This document shows positions 40,501-55,500 of a stretch of DNA of 64,000 nucleotides, piece by piece. Within the stretch, counting starts at the first letter, position 1, and every line of letters begins with the position of its first letter. The translations under genes and the position numbers were made by a program. The notes under the pieces are model-generated. The model saw nothing but the letters and a program-made list of their open reading frames with translations. It had not been told where the DNA came from and did not search any database. Source of the stretch: Antedon mediterranea (Eukaryota; Animalia; Echinodermata); contig NC_092676.1 in the NCBI RefSeq assembly GCF_964355755.1, positions 12,882,771 to 12,946,770 of the forward strand, in the 5' to 3' direction.

Positions 40501-43500
40501 GTGCACAAAATAGCTTCAAATCGCATTTGGAGACGTTTTAGACTATTTTGTGCATTTTGAAAAAATTTGTTAACATAAAAAGACCAAAGTGTTTAGAATA
40601 TCTCCAAATCGCATTTGGAGACGTTTTAAACCATTTTGTGCATTTCGATGGAACTTGGTTACACAAAAACATCAAAGTGCTTAAAATCACATTTAAAACC
40701 GTTTTAGAGCATTTTGAGCATTTCGATAAAACTTTTCACACAAAAACATAAAAGTGTACAAAATAGCTTCAAATCGCATTTAGAGATGTTTTAGACCATT
40801 TTGTGCATTTCGATGAAACTCATCAAAGTGCTTAAAATCACATTTGAAACCGTTTTAGAGCATTTTGAGCATTTCGATAAAACTTTTCACACAAAAACAT
40901 CAAAGTGTACAAAATAGCTTCAAATCACATTTGAAACCGTTTTAGACCATATTGAGCATTTCGATAAAACTTTTCACACAAAAACATCTTAGTGTACAAA
41001 ATAGCTTCAAAGCGCATTTGGAGACGTTTTAGACCATTTTGTGTATTTCGATGAAACTTGGTTACACAAAAACATCAAAGTGCTTAAAATCACATTTGAA
41101 AGCGTTTTAGAGCATTTTTAGCATTTCGATAATACTTTTCACACAAAAACATCAAAGTGTACAAAATAGCTTCAAATCGCATTTGGAGACGTTTTAGACC
41201 ATTTTGTGCATTTCGATGAAACTTGGTTACACAAAAACATCAAAGTGCTTAAAATCACATTTAAAACAGTTTTAGAGCATTTTGAGCATTTCGATAAAAC
41301 TTTTCACACAAAAACATCAAAGTGTACAAAATAGCTTCAAATCGCATTTAAAGAGGTTTTAGACCATTTTGTGCATTTCGATAAAACTTTTCACACAAAA
41401 ACATCAAAGTGTACAAAATAGCTTCAAATCGCATTTAGAGACGTTTTAGACCATCTTGTGTATTTCGATAAAACTTTTCACACAAAAACATCAAATTGCA
41501 CAAAATAGCTTAATATCGTGTTTGAAAACGTTTTAAACCATTTTGAGCAAGTCGATAAAACTTTTCACACAAAAATATCAAAGTGCACAGAATATCTTCA
41601 AATCGCATTTAGAGACGTTTTAGACCATTTTGTGCATTTCGAAAAAATTTGTTAACATAAAAAGACCAAAGTGTTTAGAATATCTCCAAATCGGATTTGG
41701 AGACGTTTTAGACCATTTTGTGCATTTCAATGAAACTTGGTTACACAAAAACATCAAAGTGCTTAAAATCACATTTGAAACCGTTTTAGAGCATTTTTAG
41801 CATTTCGATAATACTTTTCACACAAAAACATCAAAGTGTAGAAAATAGCTTCAAATCGCATTTAGAGAGGTTTTAGACCATTTTGTGCATTTCGATAAAA
41901 CTTTTCACACAAAAACATCAAAGTGTACAAAATAGCTTCAAATCGCATTTAGAGACGTTTTAGACCATTTTGTGCATTTCGATAAAACTTTTCACACAAA
42001 AACATCAAATTGCACAAAATAGCTTAATACCGTGTTTGAAATCGTTTTAAACCATTTTGAGCATGTCGATAAAACTTTTCACAAAAAAACATCAAAGTGC
42101 ACAGAATAGCTTCAAATCGCATTTGGAGACGTTTTAAACCATTTTGAGCATTTCGATAAAACTTTTCACACAAAAACATCAAAGTGTACAAAATAGCTTC
42201 AAATCGCATTTAGAGAGGTTTTAGACCATTTTGTGCATTTCGATAAAACTTTTCACACAAAAACATCAAATTGCACAAAATAGCTTAATATCGTGTTTGA
42301 AAACGTTTTAAACCATTTTGAGCATGTCGATAAAACTTTTCACACAAAAATATCAAAGCGCATAGAATATCTTCAAATCGCATTTAGAGACGTTTTAGAC
42401 CATTTTGTGCATTTCGAAAAAATTTGTTAACATAAAAAGACCAAAGTGTTTAGAATATCTCCAAATCGCATTTGGAGACGTTTTAGACCATTTTGTGCAT
42501 TTCGATGAAACTTGATTACACAAAAACATCAAAGTGCTTAAAATCACATTTAAAACCGTTTTAGAGCGTTTTGAGCATTTCGATAAACTTTTCACACAAA
42601 AACATCAAAGTGCACAAAATAGCTTCAAATCGCATTTAGAGATGTTTTAGACCATTTTGTGCATTTCGATAAAACTTTTCACACAAAAACATCAAATTGC
42701 ACAAAATAGCTTAATATCGTGTTTGAAATCGTTTTAAACCATTTTGAGCATGTCGATAAAACTTTTCACACAAAAACATCAAAGTGCACAGAATATCTTC
42801 AAATCGCATTTAGAGACGTTTTAGACCATTTTGTGCATTTCGAAAAAATTTGTTAACATAAAAAGACCAAAGTGTTTAGCATATCTCCAAATCGCATTTG
42901 GAGACGTTTTAGACCATTTTGTGCATTTCGATGAAACTTGGTTACACAAAAACATCAAAGTGCTTAAAATCACATTTGAAACCGTTTTAGAGCATTTTGA
43001 GCATTTCGATAAAACTTTTCACACAAAAACATCAAAGTGTACAAAATAGCTTCAAATCACATTTGAAACCGTTTTAGACCATTTTGAGCATTTCGATAAA
43101 ACTTTTCACACAAAAACATCAAAGTGTACAAAATAGCTTCAAATCGCATTTGGAGACGTTTTAGACCATTTTGTGCATTTCGATGAAACTTGGTTACACA
43201 AAAACATCAAAGTGCTTAAAATCACATTTGAAACCGTTTTAGACCATTTTGAGCATTTCGATAAAACTTTTCACACAAAAAAATCAAAGTGCACAAAATA
43301 GCTTCAAATCGCATTTGGAGACGTTTTAGACTATTTTGTGCATTTCGAAAAAATTTGTTAACATAAAAAGACCAAAGTGTTTAGAATATCTCCAAATCGC
43401 ATTTGGAGACGTTTTAAACCATTTTGTGCATTTCGATAGAACTTGGTTACACAAAAACATCAAAGTGCTTAAAATCACATTTAAAACCGTTTTAGAGCAT

Positions 43501-46500
43501 TTTGAGCATTTCGATAAAACTTTTCACACAAAAACATCAAAGTGTACAAAATAGCTTCAAATCGCATTTAGAGACGTTTTAGACCATTTTGTGCATTTTG
43601 ATAAAACTTTTCACACAAAAACATCAAATTGCACAAAATAGCTTAATATTGTGTTTGAAAACGTTTTAAACCATTTTGAGCATGTCGATAAAACTTTTCA
43701 CACAAAAATATCAAAGTGCCCAGAATATCTTCAAATCGCATTTAGAGACGTTTTAGACCATTTTGTGCATTTCGAAAAAATTTGTTAACATAAAAAGACC
43801 AAAGTGTTTAGAATATCTCCAAATCGCATTTGGAGACGTTTTAGACCATTTTGTGTTTTTCGAAAAAACTTTTCACACAAAAACATCAAAGTGTACAAAA
43901 TTGCTTCAAATCGCATTTAGAGAGGTTTTAGACCATTTTGTGCATTTCGATAAAACTTTTCACACAAAAACATCAAAGTGCACAGAATATCTTAATACCG
44001 TGTCTGAAATCGTTTTAAACCATTTTGAGCATGTCGATAAAACTTTTCACACAAAAACATCAAAGTGCACAGAATATCTTCAAATCGCATTTAGAGACGT
44101 TTTAGACCATTTTGTGCATTTCGAAAAAATTTGTTAACATAAAAAGACCAAAGTGTTTAGAATATCTCCAAATCGCATTTGGAGACGTTTTAGACCATTT
44201 TGTGCATTTCGATGAAACTTGGTTACACAAAAACATCAAAGTGCTTAAAATCACATTTGAAACCGTTTTAGAGCATTTTGAGCATTTCGATAAAACTTTT
44301 CACACAAAAACATCAAAGTGTACAAAATAGCTTCAAATCACATTTGAAACCGTTTTAGACCATTTTGAGCATTTCGATAAAACTTTTCACACAAAAACAT
44401 CAAAGTGTACAGAATAGCTTCAAATCGCATTTGGAGACGTTTTAGACCATTTTGTGCATTTCGATGAAACTTGGTTACACAAAAACATCAAAGTGCTTAA
44501 AATCACATTTGAAACCGTTTTAGAGCATTTTTAACATTTCGATAATACTTTTCACACAAAAACATCAAAGTGTACAAAATAGCTTCAAATCGCATTTGGA
44601 GACGTTTTAGACCATTTTGTGCATTTCGATGAAACTTGGTTACACAAAAACATCAAAGTGCTTAAAATCACATTTGAAACCGTTTTAGAGCATTTTGAGC
44701 ATTTCGATAAAACTTTTCACACAAAAAAATCAAAGTGCACAAAATAGCTTCAAATCGCATTTGGAGAGGTTTTAGACCATTTTGTGCATTTCGATAAAAC
44801 TTTTCACACAAAAACATCAAAGTGTACAAAATAGCTTCAAATCGCATTTAGAGACGTTTTAGACCATTTTGTGCATTTCGATGAAACTTGGTTACACAAA
44901 AACATCAAAGTGCTTAAAATCACATTTAAAACCGTTTTAGAGCGTTTTGAGCATTTCGATAAACTTTTTACACAAAAACATCAAAGTGCACAAAATAGCT
45001 TCAAATCGCATTTAGGGATGTTTTAGACCATTTTGTGCATTTCGATAAAACTTTTCACACAAAAACATCAAATTGCACAAAATAGCTTAATACCGTGTTT
45101 GAAATCATTTTAAACCATTTTGAGCATGTCGATAAAACTTTTCACACAAAAACATCAAAGTGCACAGAATATCTTCAAATCGCATTTAGAGACGTTTTAG
45201 ACCATTTTGTGCATTTCGAAAAAATTTGTTAACATAAAAAGACCAAAGTGTTTAGAATATCTCCAAATCGCATTTGGAGACGTTTTAGACCATTTTGTGC
45301 ATTTCGATGAAAATTGGTTACACAAAAACATCAAAGTGCTTAAAATCACATTTGAAACCGTTTTAGAGCATTTTGAGCATTTCGATAAAACTTTTCACAC
45401 AAAAACATCAAAGTGTACAAAATAGCTTCAAATCACATTTGAAACCGTTTTAGACCATTTTGAGCATTTCGATAAAACTTTTCACACAAAAACATCAAAG
45501 TGTACAAAATAGCTTCAAATCGCATTTGGAGACGTTTTAGACCATTTTGTGCATTTCGATGAAACTTGGTTACACAAAAACATCAAAGTGCTTAAAATCA
45601 CATTTAAAACCGTTTTAGAGCATTTTTAGCATTTCGATAAAACTTTTCACACAAAAACATCAAAGTGTACAAAATAGCTTCAAATCGCATTTAGAGAGGT
45701 TTTAGACAATTTTGTGCATTTCGATAAAACTTTTCACACAAAAACATCAAAGTGTACAAAATAGCTTCAAATTGCATTTAGAGACGTTTTAGACCATTTT
45801 GTGCATTTCGATAAAACTTTTCACACAAAAACATCAAATTGCACAAAATCGTTTTAAACCATTTTAAATCGTTTTAAACCATTTTGAGCATGTCGATAAA
45901 ACTTTTCACAAAAAACATCAAAGTGCACAGAATAGCTTCAAATTGCATTTGGAGACGTTTTAGAGCATTTTGTGCATTTCGATAAAATGTGTTAACATAA
46001 AAAGACCAAAGTGTTTAGAATATCTTCAAATCACATTTGGAGACGTTTTAGACCATTTTTTGCATTTCGATGAAACTTGGTTACACAAAAACATCAAAGT
46101 GCTTAAAATCACATTTGAAACCGTTTTAGAGCATTTTGAGCATTTCGATAAAACTTTTCACACAAAAACATCAAAGTGTACAAAATAGCTTCAAATCGCA
46201 TTTAGAGACGTTTTAGACCATTTTTTGCATTTCGATGAAACTTCTCACACAAAAACATCAAAGTGTACAAAATAGCTTCAAATTGCATTTAGAGACGTTT
46301 TAGACCATTTTGTGCATTTCGATAAAACTTTTCACACAAAAACATCAAATTGCACAAAATCGTTTTAAACCATTTTAAATCGTTTTAAACCATTTTGAGC
46401 ATTTCGATAAAACTTTTCACAAAAAACATCAAAGTGTTTAGAATATCTTCAAATCACATTTGGAGACGTTTTAGACCATTTTTTGCATTTCGAGTAAACT

Positions 46501-49500
46501 TGGTTACACAAAAACATCAAAGTGCTTAAAATCACATTTGAAACCGTTTTAGAGCATTTTGAGCATTTCGATAAAACTTTTCACACAAAAACATCAAAGT
46601 GTACAAAATAGCTTCAAATCGCATTTAGAGACGTTTTAGACCATTTTGTGCATTTCGAAAAAATTTGTTAACATAAAAAGACCAAAGTGTTTAGAATATC
46701 TCCAAATCGCATTTGGAGACGTTTTAGACCATTTTGTGCATTTCGATGAAACTTGGTTACACAAAAACATCAAAGTGCTTAAAATCACATTTGAAACCGT
46801 TTTAGAGCATTTTTAGCATTTCGATAATACTTTTCACACAAAAACATCAAAGTGTACAAAATAGCTTCAAATCGCATTTGGAGACGTTTTAGACCATTTT
46901 GTGCATTTCGATGAAACTTGGTTACACAAAAACATCAAAGTGCTTAAAATCACATTTGAAACCGTTTTAGACCATTTTGAGCATTTCGATAAAACTTTTC
47001 ACACAAAAAAATCAAAGTGCACAAAATAGCTTCAAATCGCATTTGGAGACGTTTTAGACTATTTTGTGCATTTTGAAAAAATTTGTTAACATAAAAAGAC
47101 CAAAGTGTTTAGAATATCTCCAAATCGCATTTGGAGACGTTTTAAACCATTTTGTGCATTTCGATGGAACTTGGTTACACAAAAACATCAAAGTGCTTAA
47201 AATCACATTTAAAACCGTTTTAGAGCATTTTGAGCATTTCGATAAAACTTTTCACACAAAAACATCAAAGTGTACAAAATAGCTTCAAATCGCATTTAGA
47301 GAGGTTTTAGACCATTTTGTGCATTTCGATAAAACTTTTCACACAAAAACATCAAAGTGTACAAAATAGCTTCAAATCGCATTTAGAGACGTTTTAGACC
47401 ATTTTGTGCATTTCGATAAAACTTTTCACACAAAAACATCAAATTGCACAAAATAGCTTAATACCGTGTTTGAAATCGTTTTAAACCATTTTGAGCATGT
47501 CGATAAAACTTTTCACAAAAAAACATCAAAGTGCACAGAATAGCTTCAAATCGCATTTGGAGACGTTTTAAACCATTTTGAGCATTTCGATAAAACTTTT
47601 CACACAAAAACATCAAAGTGTACAAAATAGCTTCAAATCGCATTTAGAGAGGTTTTAGACCATTTTGTGCATTTCGATAAAACTTTTCACACAAAAACAT
47701 CAAATTGCACAAAATAGCCTAATATCGTGTTTGAAAACGTTTTAAACCATTTTGAGCATGTCGATAAAACTTTTCACACAAAAATATCAAAGCGCACAGA
47801 ATATCTTCAAATCGCATTTAGAGACGTTTTAGACCATTTTGTGCATTTCGAAAAAATTTGTTAACATAAAAAGACCAAAGTGTTTAGAATATCTCCAAAT
47901 CGCATTTGGAGACGTTTTAGACCATTTTGTGCATTTCGATGAAACTTGGTTACACAAAAACATCAAAGTGCTTAAAATCACATTTAAAACCGTTTTAGAG
48001 CGTTTTGAGCATTTCGATAAACTTTTCACACAAAAACATCAAAGTGCACAAAATAGCTTCAAATCGCATTTAGAGATGTTTTAGACCATTTTGTGCATTT
48101 CGATAAAACTTTTCACACAAAAACATCAAATTGCACAAAATAGCTTAATACCGTGTTTGAAATCGTTTTAAACCATTTTGAGCATGTCGATAAAACTTTT
48201 CACACAAAAACATCAAAGTGTACAAAATAGCTTCAAATCGCATTTAGAGAGGTTTTAGACCATTTTGTGCATTTCGATAAAACTTTTCACACAAAAACAT
48301 CAAAGTGTACAAAATAGCTTCAAATCGCATTTGGAGACGTTTTAGACCATTTTGTGCATTTCGATGAAACTTGGTTACACAAAAACATCAAAGTGCTTAA
48401 AATTACATTTGAAAGCGTTTTAGAGCATTTTGAGCATTTCGATAATACTTTTCACACAAAAACATCAAAGTGTACAAAATAGCTTCAAATCGCATTTGGA
48501 GACGTTTTAGACCATTTTGTGCATTTCGATGAAACTTGGTTACACAAAAACATCAAAGTGCTTAAAATCACATTTGAAACCGTTTTAGACCATTTTGAGC
48601 GTTTCGATAAAACTTTTCACACAAAAACATCAAAGTGCACAAAATAGCTTCAAATCGCATTTGGAGACGTTTTAGACTATTTTGTGCATTTCGAAAAAAT
48701 TTGTTAACATAAAAAGACCAAAGTGTTTAGAATATCTCCAAATCGCATTTGGAAACGTTTTAAACCATTTTGTGCATTTCGATGGAACTTGGTTACACAA
48801 AAACATCAAAGTGCTTAAAATCACATTTAAAACCGTTTTAGAGCATTTTGAGCATTTCGATAAAACTTTTCACACAAAAACATCAAAGTGTACAAAATAG
48901 CTTCAAATCGCATTTAGAGACGTTTTAGACCATTTTGTGCATTTTGTTAAAACTTTTCACACAAAAACATCAAATTGCACAAAATAGCTTAATATTGTGT
49001 TTGAAAACGTTTTAAACCATTTTGAGCATGTCGATAAAACTTTTCACACAAAAATATCAAAGTGCCCAGAATATCTTCAAATCGCATTTAGAGACGTTTT
49101 AGACCATTTTGTGCATTTCGAAAAAATTTGTTAACATAAAAAGACCAAAGTGTTTAGACTATCTCCAAATCGCATTAGGAGACGTTTTAGACCATTTTGT
49201 GTTTTTCGAAAAAACTTTTCACACAAAAACATCAAAGTGTACAAAATTGCTTCAAATCGCATTTAGAGAGGTTTTAGACCATTTTGTGCATTTCGATAAA
49301 ACTTTTCACACAAAAACATCAAAGTGCACAGAATATCTTAATACCGTGTCTGAAATCGTTTTAAACCATTTTGAGCATGTCGATAAAACTTTTCACACAA
49401 AAACATCAAAGTGCACAGAATATCTTCAAATCGCATTTAGAGACGTTTTAGACCATTTTGTGCATTTCGAAAAAATTTGTTAACATAAAAAGACCAAAGT

Positions 49501-52500
49501 GTTTAGAATATCTCCAAATCGCATTTGGAGACGTTTTAGACCATTTTGTGCATTTCGATGAAACTTGGTTACACAAAAACATCAAAGTGCTTAAAATCAC
49601 ATTTGAAACCGTTTTAGAGCATTTTGAGCATTTCGATAAAACTTTTCACACAAAAACATCAAAGTGTACAAAATAGCTTCAAATCACATTTGAAACCGTT
49701 TTAGACCATTTTGAGCATTTCGATAAAACTTTTCACACAAAAACATCAAAGTGTACAGAATAGCTTCAAATCGCATTTGGAGACGTTTTAGACCATTTTG
49801 TGCATTTCGATGAAACTTGGTTACACAAAAACATCAAAGTGCTTAAAATCACATTTGAAACCGTTTTAGAGCATTTTTAACATTTCGATAATACTTTTCA
49901 CACAAAAACATCAAATTGCACAAAATAGCTTCAAATCACATTTGGAGACGTTTTAGAGCATTTTGTGCATTTCGATAAAATGTGTTAACATAAAAAGACC
50001 AAAGTGTTTAGAATATCTTCAAATCACATTTGGAGACGTTTTAGACCATTTTTTGCATTTCGATGAAACTTGGTTAAACAAAAACATCAAAGTGCTTAAA
50101 ATCACATTTGAAACCGTTTTAGAGCATTTTGAGCATTTCGATAAAACTTTTCACACAAAAACATCAAAGTGTACAAAATAGCTTCAAATCGCATTTAGAG
50201 ACGTTTTAGACCATTTTTTGCATTTCGATGAAACTTCTCACACAAAAACATCAAAGTGTACAAAATAGCTTCAAATTGCATTTAGAGACGTTTTAGACCA
50301 TTTTGTGCATTTCGATAAAACTTTTCACACAAAAACATCAAATTGCACAAAATCGTTTTAAACCATTTTAAATCGTTTTAAACCATTTTGAGCATTTCGA
50401 TAAAACTTTTCACAAAAAACATCAAAGTGTTTAGAATATCTTCAAATCACATTTGGAGACGTTTTAGACCATTTTTTGCATTTCGAGTAAACTTGGTTAC
50501 ACAAAAACATCAAAGTGCTTAAAATCACATTTGAAACCGTTTTAGAGCATTTTGAGCATTTCGATAAAACTTTTCACACAAAAACATCAAAGTGTACAAA
50601 ATAGCTTCAAATCGCATTTAGAGACGTTTTAGACCATTTTGTGCATTTCGAAAAAATTTGTTAACATAAAAAGACCAAAGTGTTTAGAATATCTCCAAAT
50701 CGCATTTGGAGACGTTTTAGACCATTTTGTGCATTTCGATGAAACTTGGTTACACAAAAACATCAAAGTGCTTAAAATCACATTTGAAACCGTTTTAGAG
50801 CATTTTTAGCATTTCGATAATACTTTTCACACAAAAACATCAAAGTGTACAAAATAGCTTCAAATCGCATTTGGAGACGTTTTAGACCATTTTGTGCATT
50901 TCGATGAAACTTGGTTACACAAAAACATCAAAGTGCTTAAAATCACATTTGAAACCGTTTTAGACCATTTTGAGCATTTCGATAAAACTTTTCACACAAA
51001 AAAATCAAAGTGCACAAAATAGCTTCAAATCGCATTTGGAGACGTTTTAGACTATTTTGTGCATTTTGAAAAAATTTGTTAACATAAAAAGACCAAAGTG
51101 TTTAGAATATCTCCAAATCGCATTTGGAGACGTTTTAAACCATTTTGTGCATTTCGATGGAACTTGGTTACACAAAAACATCAAAGTGCTTAAAATCACA
51201 TTTAAAACCGTTTTAGAGCATTTTGAGCATTTCGATAAAACTTTTCACACAAAAACATCAAAGTGTACAAAATAGCTTCAAATCGCATTTAGAGAGGTTT
51301 TAGACCATTTTGTGCATTTCGATAAAACTTTTCACACAAAAACATCAAAGTGTACAAAATAGCTTCAAATCGCATTTAGAGACGTTTTAGACCATTTTGT
51401 GCATTTCGATAAAACTTTTCACACAAAAACATCAAATTGCACAAAATAGCTTAATACCGTGTTTGAAATCGTTTTAAACCATTTTGAGCATGTCGATAAA
51501 ACTTTTCACAAAAAAACATCAAAGTGCACAGAATAGCTTCAAATCGCATTTGGAGACGTTTTAAACCATTTTGAGCATTTCGATAAAACTTTTCACACAA
51601 AAACATCAAAGTGTACAAAATAGCTTCAAATCGCATTTAGAGAGGTTTTAGACCATTTTGTGCATTTCGATAAAACTTTTCACACAAAAACATCAAATTG
51701 CACAAAATAGCCTAATATCGTGTTTGAAAACGTTTTAAACCATTTTGAGCATGTCGATAAAACTTTTCACACAAAAATATCAAAGCGCACAGAATATCTT
51801 CAAATCGCATTTAGAGACGTTTTAGACCATTTTGTGCATTTCGAAAAAATTTGTTAACATAAAAAGACCAAAGTGTTTAGAATATCTCCAAATCGCATTT
51901 GGAGACGTTTTAGACCATTTTGTGCATTTCGATGAAACTTGGTTACACAAAAACATCAAAGTGCTTAAAATCACATTTAAAACCGTTTTAGAGCGTTTTG
52001 AGCATTTCGATAAACTTTTCACACAAAAACATCAAAGTGCACAAAATAGCTTCAAATCGCATTTAGAGATGTTTTAGACCATTTTGTGCATTTCGATAAA
52101 ACTTTTCACACAAAAACATCAAATTGCACAAAATAGCTTAATACCGTGTTTGAAATCGTTTTAAACCATTTTGAGCATGTCGATAAAACTTTTCACACAA
52201 AAACATCAAAGTGTACAAAATAGCTTCAAATCGCATTTAGAGAGGTTTTAGACCATTTTGTGCATTTCGATAAAACTTTTCACACAAAAACATCAAAGTG
52301 TACAAAATAGCTTCAAATCGCATTTGGAGACGTTTTAGACCATTTTGTGCATTTCGATGAAACTTGGTTACACAAAAACATCAAAGTGCTTAAAATTACA
52401 TTTGAAAGCGTTTTAGAGCATTTTGAGCATTTCGATAATACTTTTCACACAAAAACATCAAAGTGTACAAAATAGCTTCAAATCGCATTTGGAGACGTTT

Positions 52501-55500
52501 TAGACCATTTTGTGCATTTCGATGAAACTTGGTTACACAAAAACATCAAAGTGCTTAAAATCACATTTGAAACCGTTTTAGACCATTTTGAGCGTTTCGA
52601 TAAAACTTTTCACACAAAAACATCAAAGTGCACAAAATAGCTTCAAATCGCATTTGGAGACGTTTTAGACTATTTTGTGCATTTCGAAAAAATTTGTTAA
52701 CATAAAAAGACCAAAGTGTTTAGAATATCTCCAAATCGCATTTGGAAACGTTTTAAACCATTTTGTGCATTTCGATGGAACTTGGTTACACAAAAACATC
52801 AAAGTGCTTAAAATCACATTTAAAACCGTTTTAGAGCATTTTGAGCATTTCGATAAAACTTTTCACACAAAAACATCAAAGTGTACAAAATAGCTTCAAA
52901 TCGCATTTAGAGACGTTTTAGACCATTTTGTGCATTTTGTTAAAACTTTTCACACAAAAACATCAAATTGCACAAAATAGCTTAATATTGTGTTTGAAAA
53001 CGTTTTAAACCATTTTGAGCATGTCGATAAAACTTTTCACACAAAAATATCAAAGTGCCCAGAATATCTTCAAATCGCATTTAGAGACGTTTTAGACCAT
53101 TTTGTGCATTTCGAAAAAATTTGTTAACATAAAAAGACCAAAGTGTTTAGATTATCTCCAAATCGCATTAGGAGACGTTTTAGACCATTTTGTGTTTTTC
53201 GAAAAAACTTTTCACACAAAAACATCAAAGTGTACAAAATTGCTTCAAATCGCATTTAGAGAGGTTTTAGACCATTTTGTGCATTTCGATAAAACTTTTC
53301 ACACAAAAACATCAAAGTGCACAGAATATCTTAATACCGTGTCTGAAATCGTTTTAAACCATTTTGAGCATGTCGATAAAACTTTTCACACAAAAACATC
53401 AAAGTGCACAGAATATCTTCAAATCGCATTTAGAGACGTTTTAGACCATTTTGTGCATTTCGAAAAAATTTGTTAACATAAAAAGACCAAAGTGTTTAGA
53501 ATATCTCCAAATCGCATTTGGAGACGTTTTAGACCATTTTGTGCATTTCGATGAAACTTGGTTACACAAAAACATCAAAGTGCTTAAAATCACATTTGAA
53601 ACCGTTTTAGAGCATTTTGAGCATTTCGATAAAACTTTTCACACAAAAACATCAAAGTGTACAAAATAGCTTCAAATCACATTTGAAACCGTTTTAGACC
53701 ATTTTGAGCATTTCGATAAAACTTTTCACACAAAAACATCAAAGTGTACAGAATAGCTTCAAATCGCATTTGGAGACGTTTTAGACCATTTTGTGCATTT
53801 CGATGAAACTTGGTTACACAAAAACATCAAAGTGCTTAAAATCACATTTGAAACCGTTTTAGAGCATTTTTAACATTTCGATAATACTTTTCACACAAAA
53901 ACATCAAATTGCACAAAATAGCTTCAAATCACATTTGGAGACGTTTTAGACCATTTTGTGCATTTCGATGAAACTTGGTTACACAAAAACATCAAAGTGC
54001 TTAAAATCACATTTGAAACCGTTTTAGAGCATTTTGAGCATTTCGATAAAACTTTTCACACAAAAAAATCAAACTGCACAAAATAGCTTCAAATCGTATT
54101 TGGAGAGGTTTTAGACCATTTTGTGCATTTCGATAAAACTTTTCACACAAAAACATCAAAGTGTACAAAATAGCTTCAAATCGCATTTAGAGACGTTTTA
54201 GACCATTTTGTGCATTTCGATAAAACTTTTCACACAAAAACATCAAAGTGCTTAAAATCACATTTGAAACCGTTTTAGAGCATTTTTAACATTTCGATAA
54301 TACTTTTCACATAAAAACATCAAAGTGTACAAAATAGCTTCAAATCACATTTGAAACCGTTTTAGACCATATTGAGCATTTCGATAAAACTTTTCACACA
54401 AAAACATCAAAGTGTACAAAATAGCTTCAAATCGCATTTGGAGACGTTTTAGACCATTTTGTGCATTTCGATGAAACTTGGTTACACAAAAACATCAAAG
54501 TGCTTAAAATCACATTTGAAAGCGTTTTAGAGCATTTTTAGCATTTCGATAATACTTTTCACACAAAAACATCAAAGTGCACAAAATAGCTTCAAATCGC
54601 ATTTAGAGATGTTTTAGACCATTTTGTGCATTTCGATAAAACTTTTCACACAAAAACATCAAATTGCACAAAATAGCTTAATACCGTGTTTGAAATCATT
54701 TTAAACCATTTTGAGCATGTCGATAAAACTTTTCACACAAAAACATCAAAGTGTTTAGAATATCTCCAAATCGCATTTGGAGACGTTTTAGACCATTTTG
54801 TGCATTTCGATGAAACTTGGTTAAACAAAAACATCAAAGTTCTTAAAATCACATTTGAAACCGTTTTAGAGCATTTTGAGCATTTCGATAAAACTTTTCA
54901 AACAAAAACATCAAAGTGTACAAAATAGCTTCAAATCACATTTGAAACCGTTTTAGACCATTTTGAGCATTTCGATAAAACTTTTCACACAAAAACATCA
55001 AAGTGTACAAAATAGCTTCAAATCGCATTTGGAGACGTTTTAGACCATTTTGTGCATTTCGATGAAACTTGGTTACACAAAAACATCAAAGTGCTTAAAA
55101 TCACATTTGAAACCGTTTTAGAGCATTTTTAGCATTTCGATAATACTTTTCACACAAAACATCAAAGTGTACAAAATAGCTTCAAATCGCATTTGGAGAC
55201 GTTTTAGACCATTTTGTGCATTTCGATGAAACTTGGTTACACAAAAACATCAAAGTGCTTAAAATCACATTTGAAACCGTTTTAGACCATTTTGAGCATT
55301 TCGATAAAACTTTTCACACAAAAAAATCAAAGTGCACAAAATAGCTTCAAATCGCATTTGGGGACGTTTTAGACTATTTTGTGCATTTCGAAAAAAATTG
55401 TTAACATAAAAAGACCAAAGTGTTTAGAATATCTCCAAATCGCATTTGGAGACGTTTTAAACCATTTTGTGCATTTCGATGGAACTTGGTTACACAAAAA

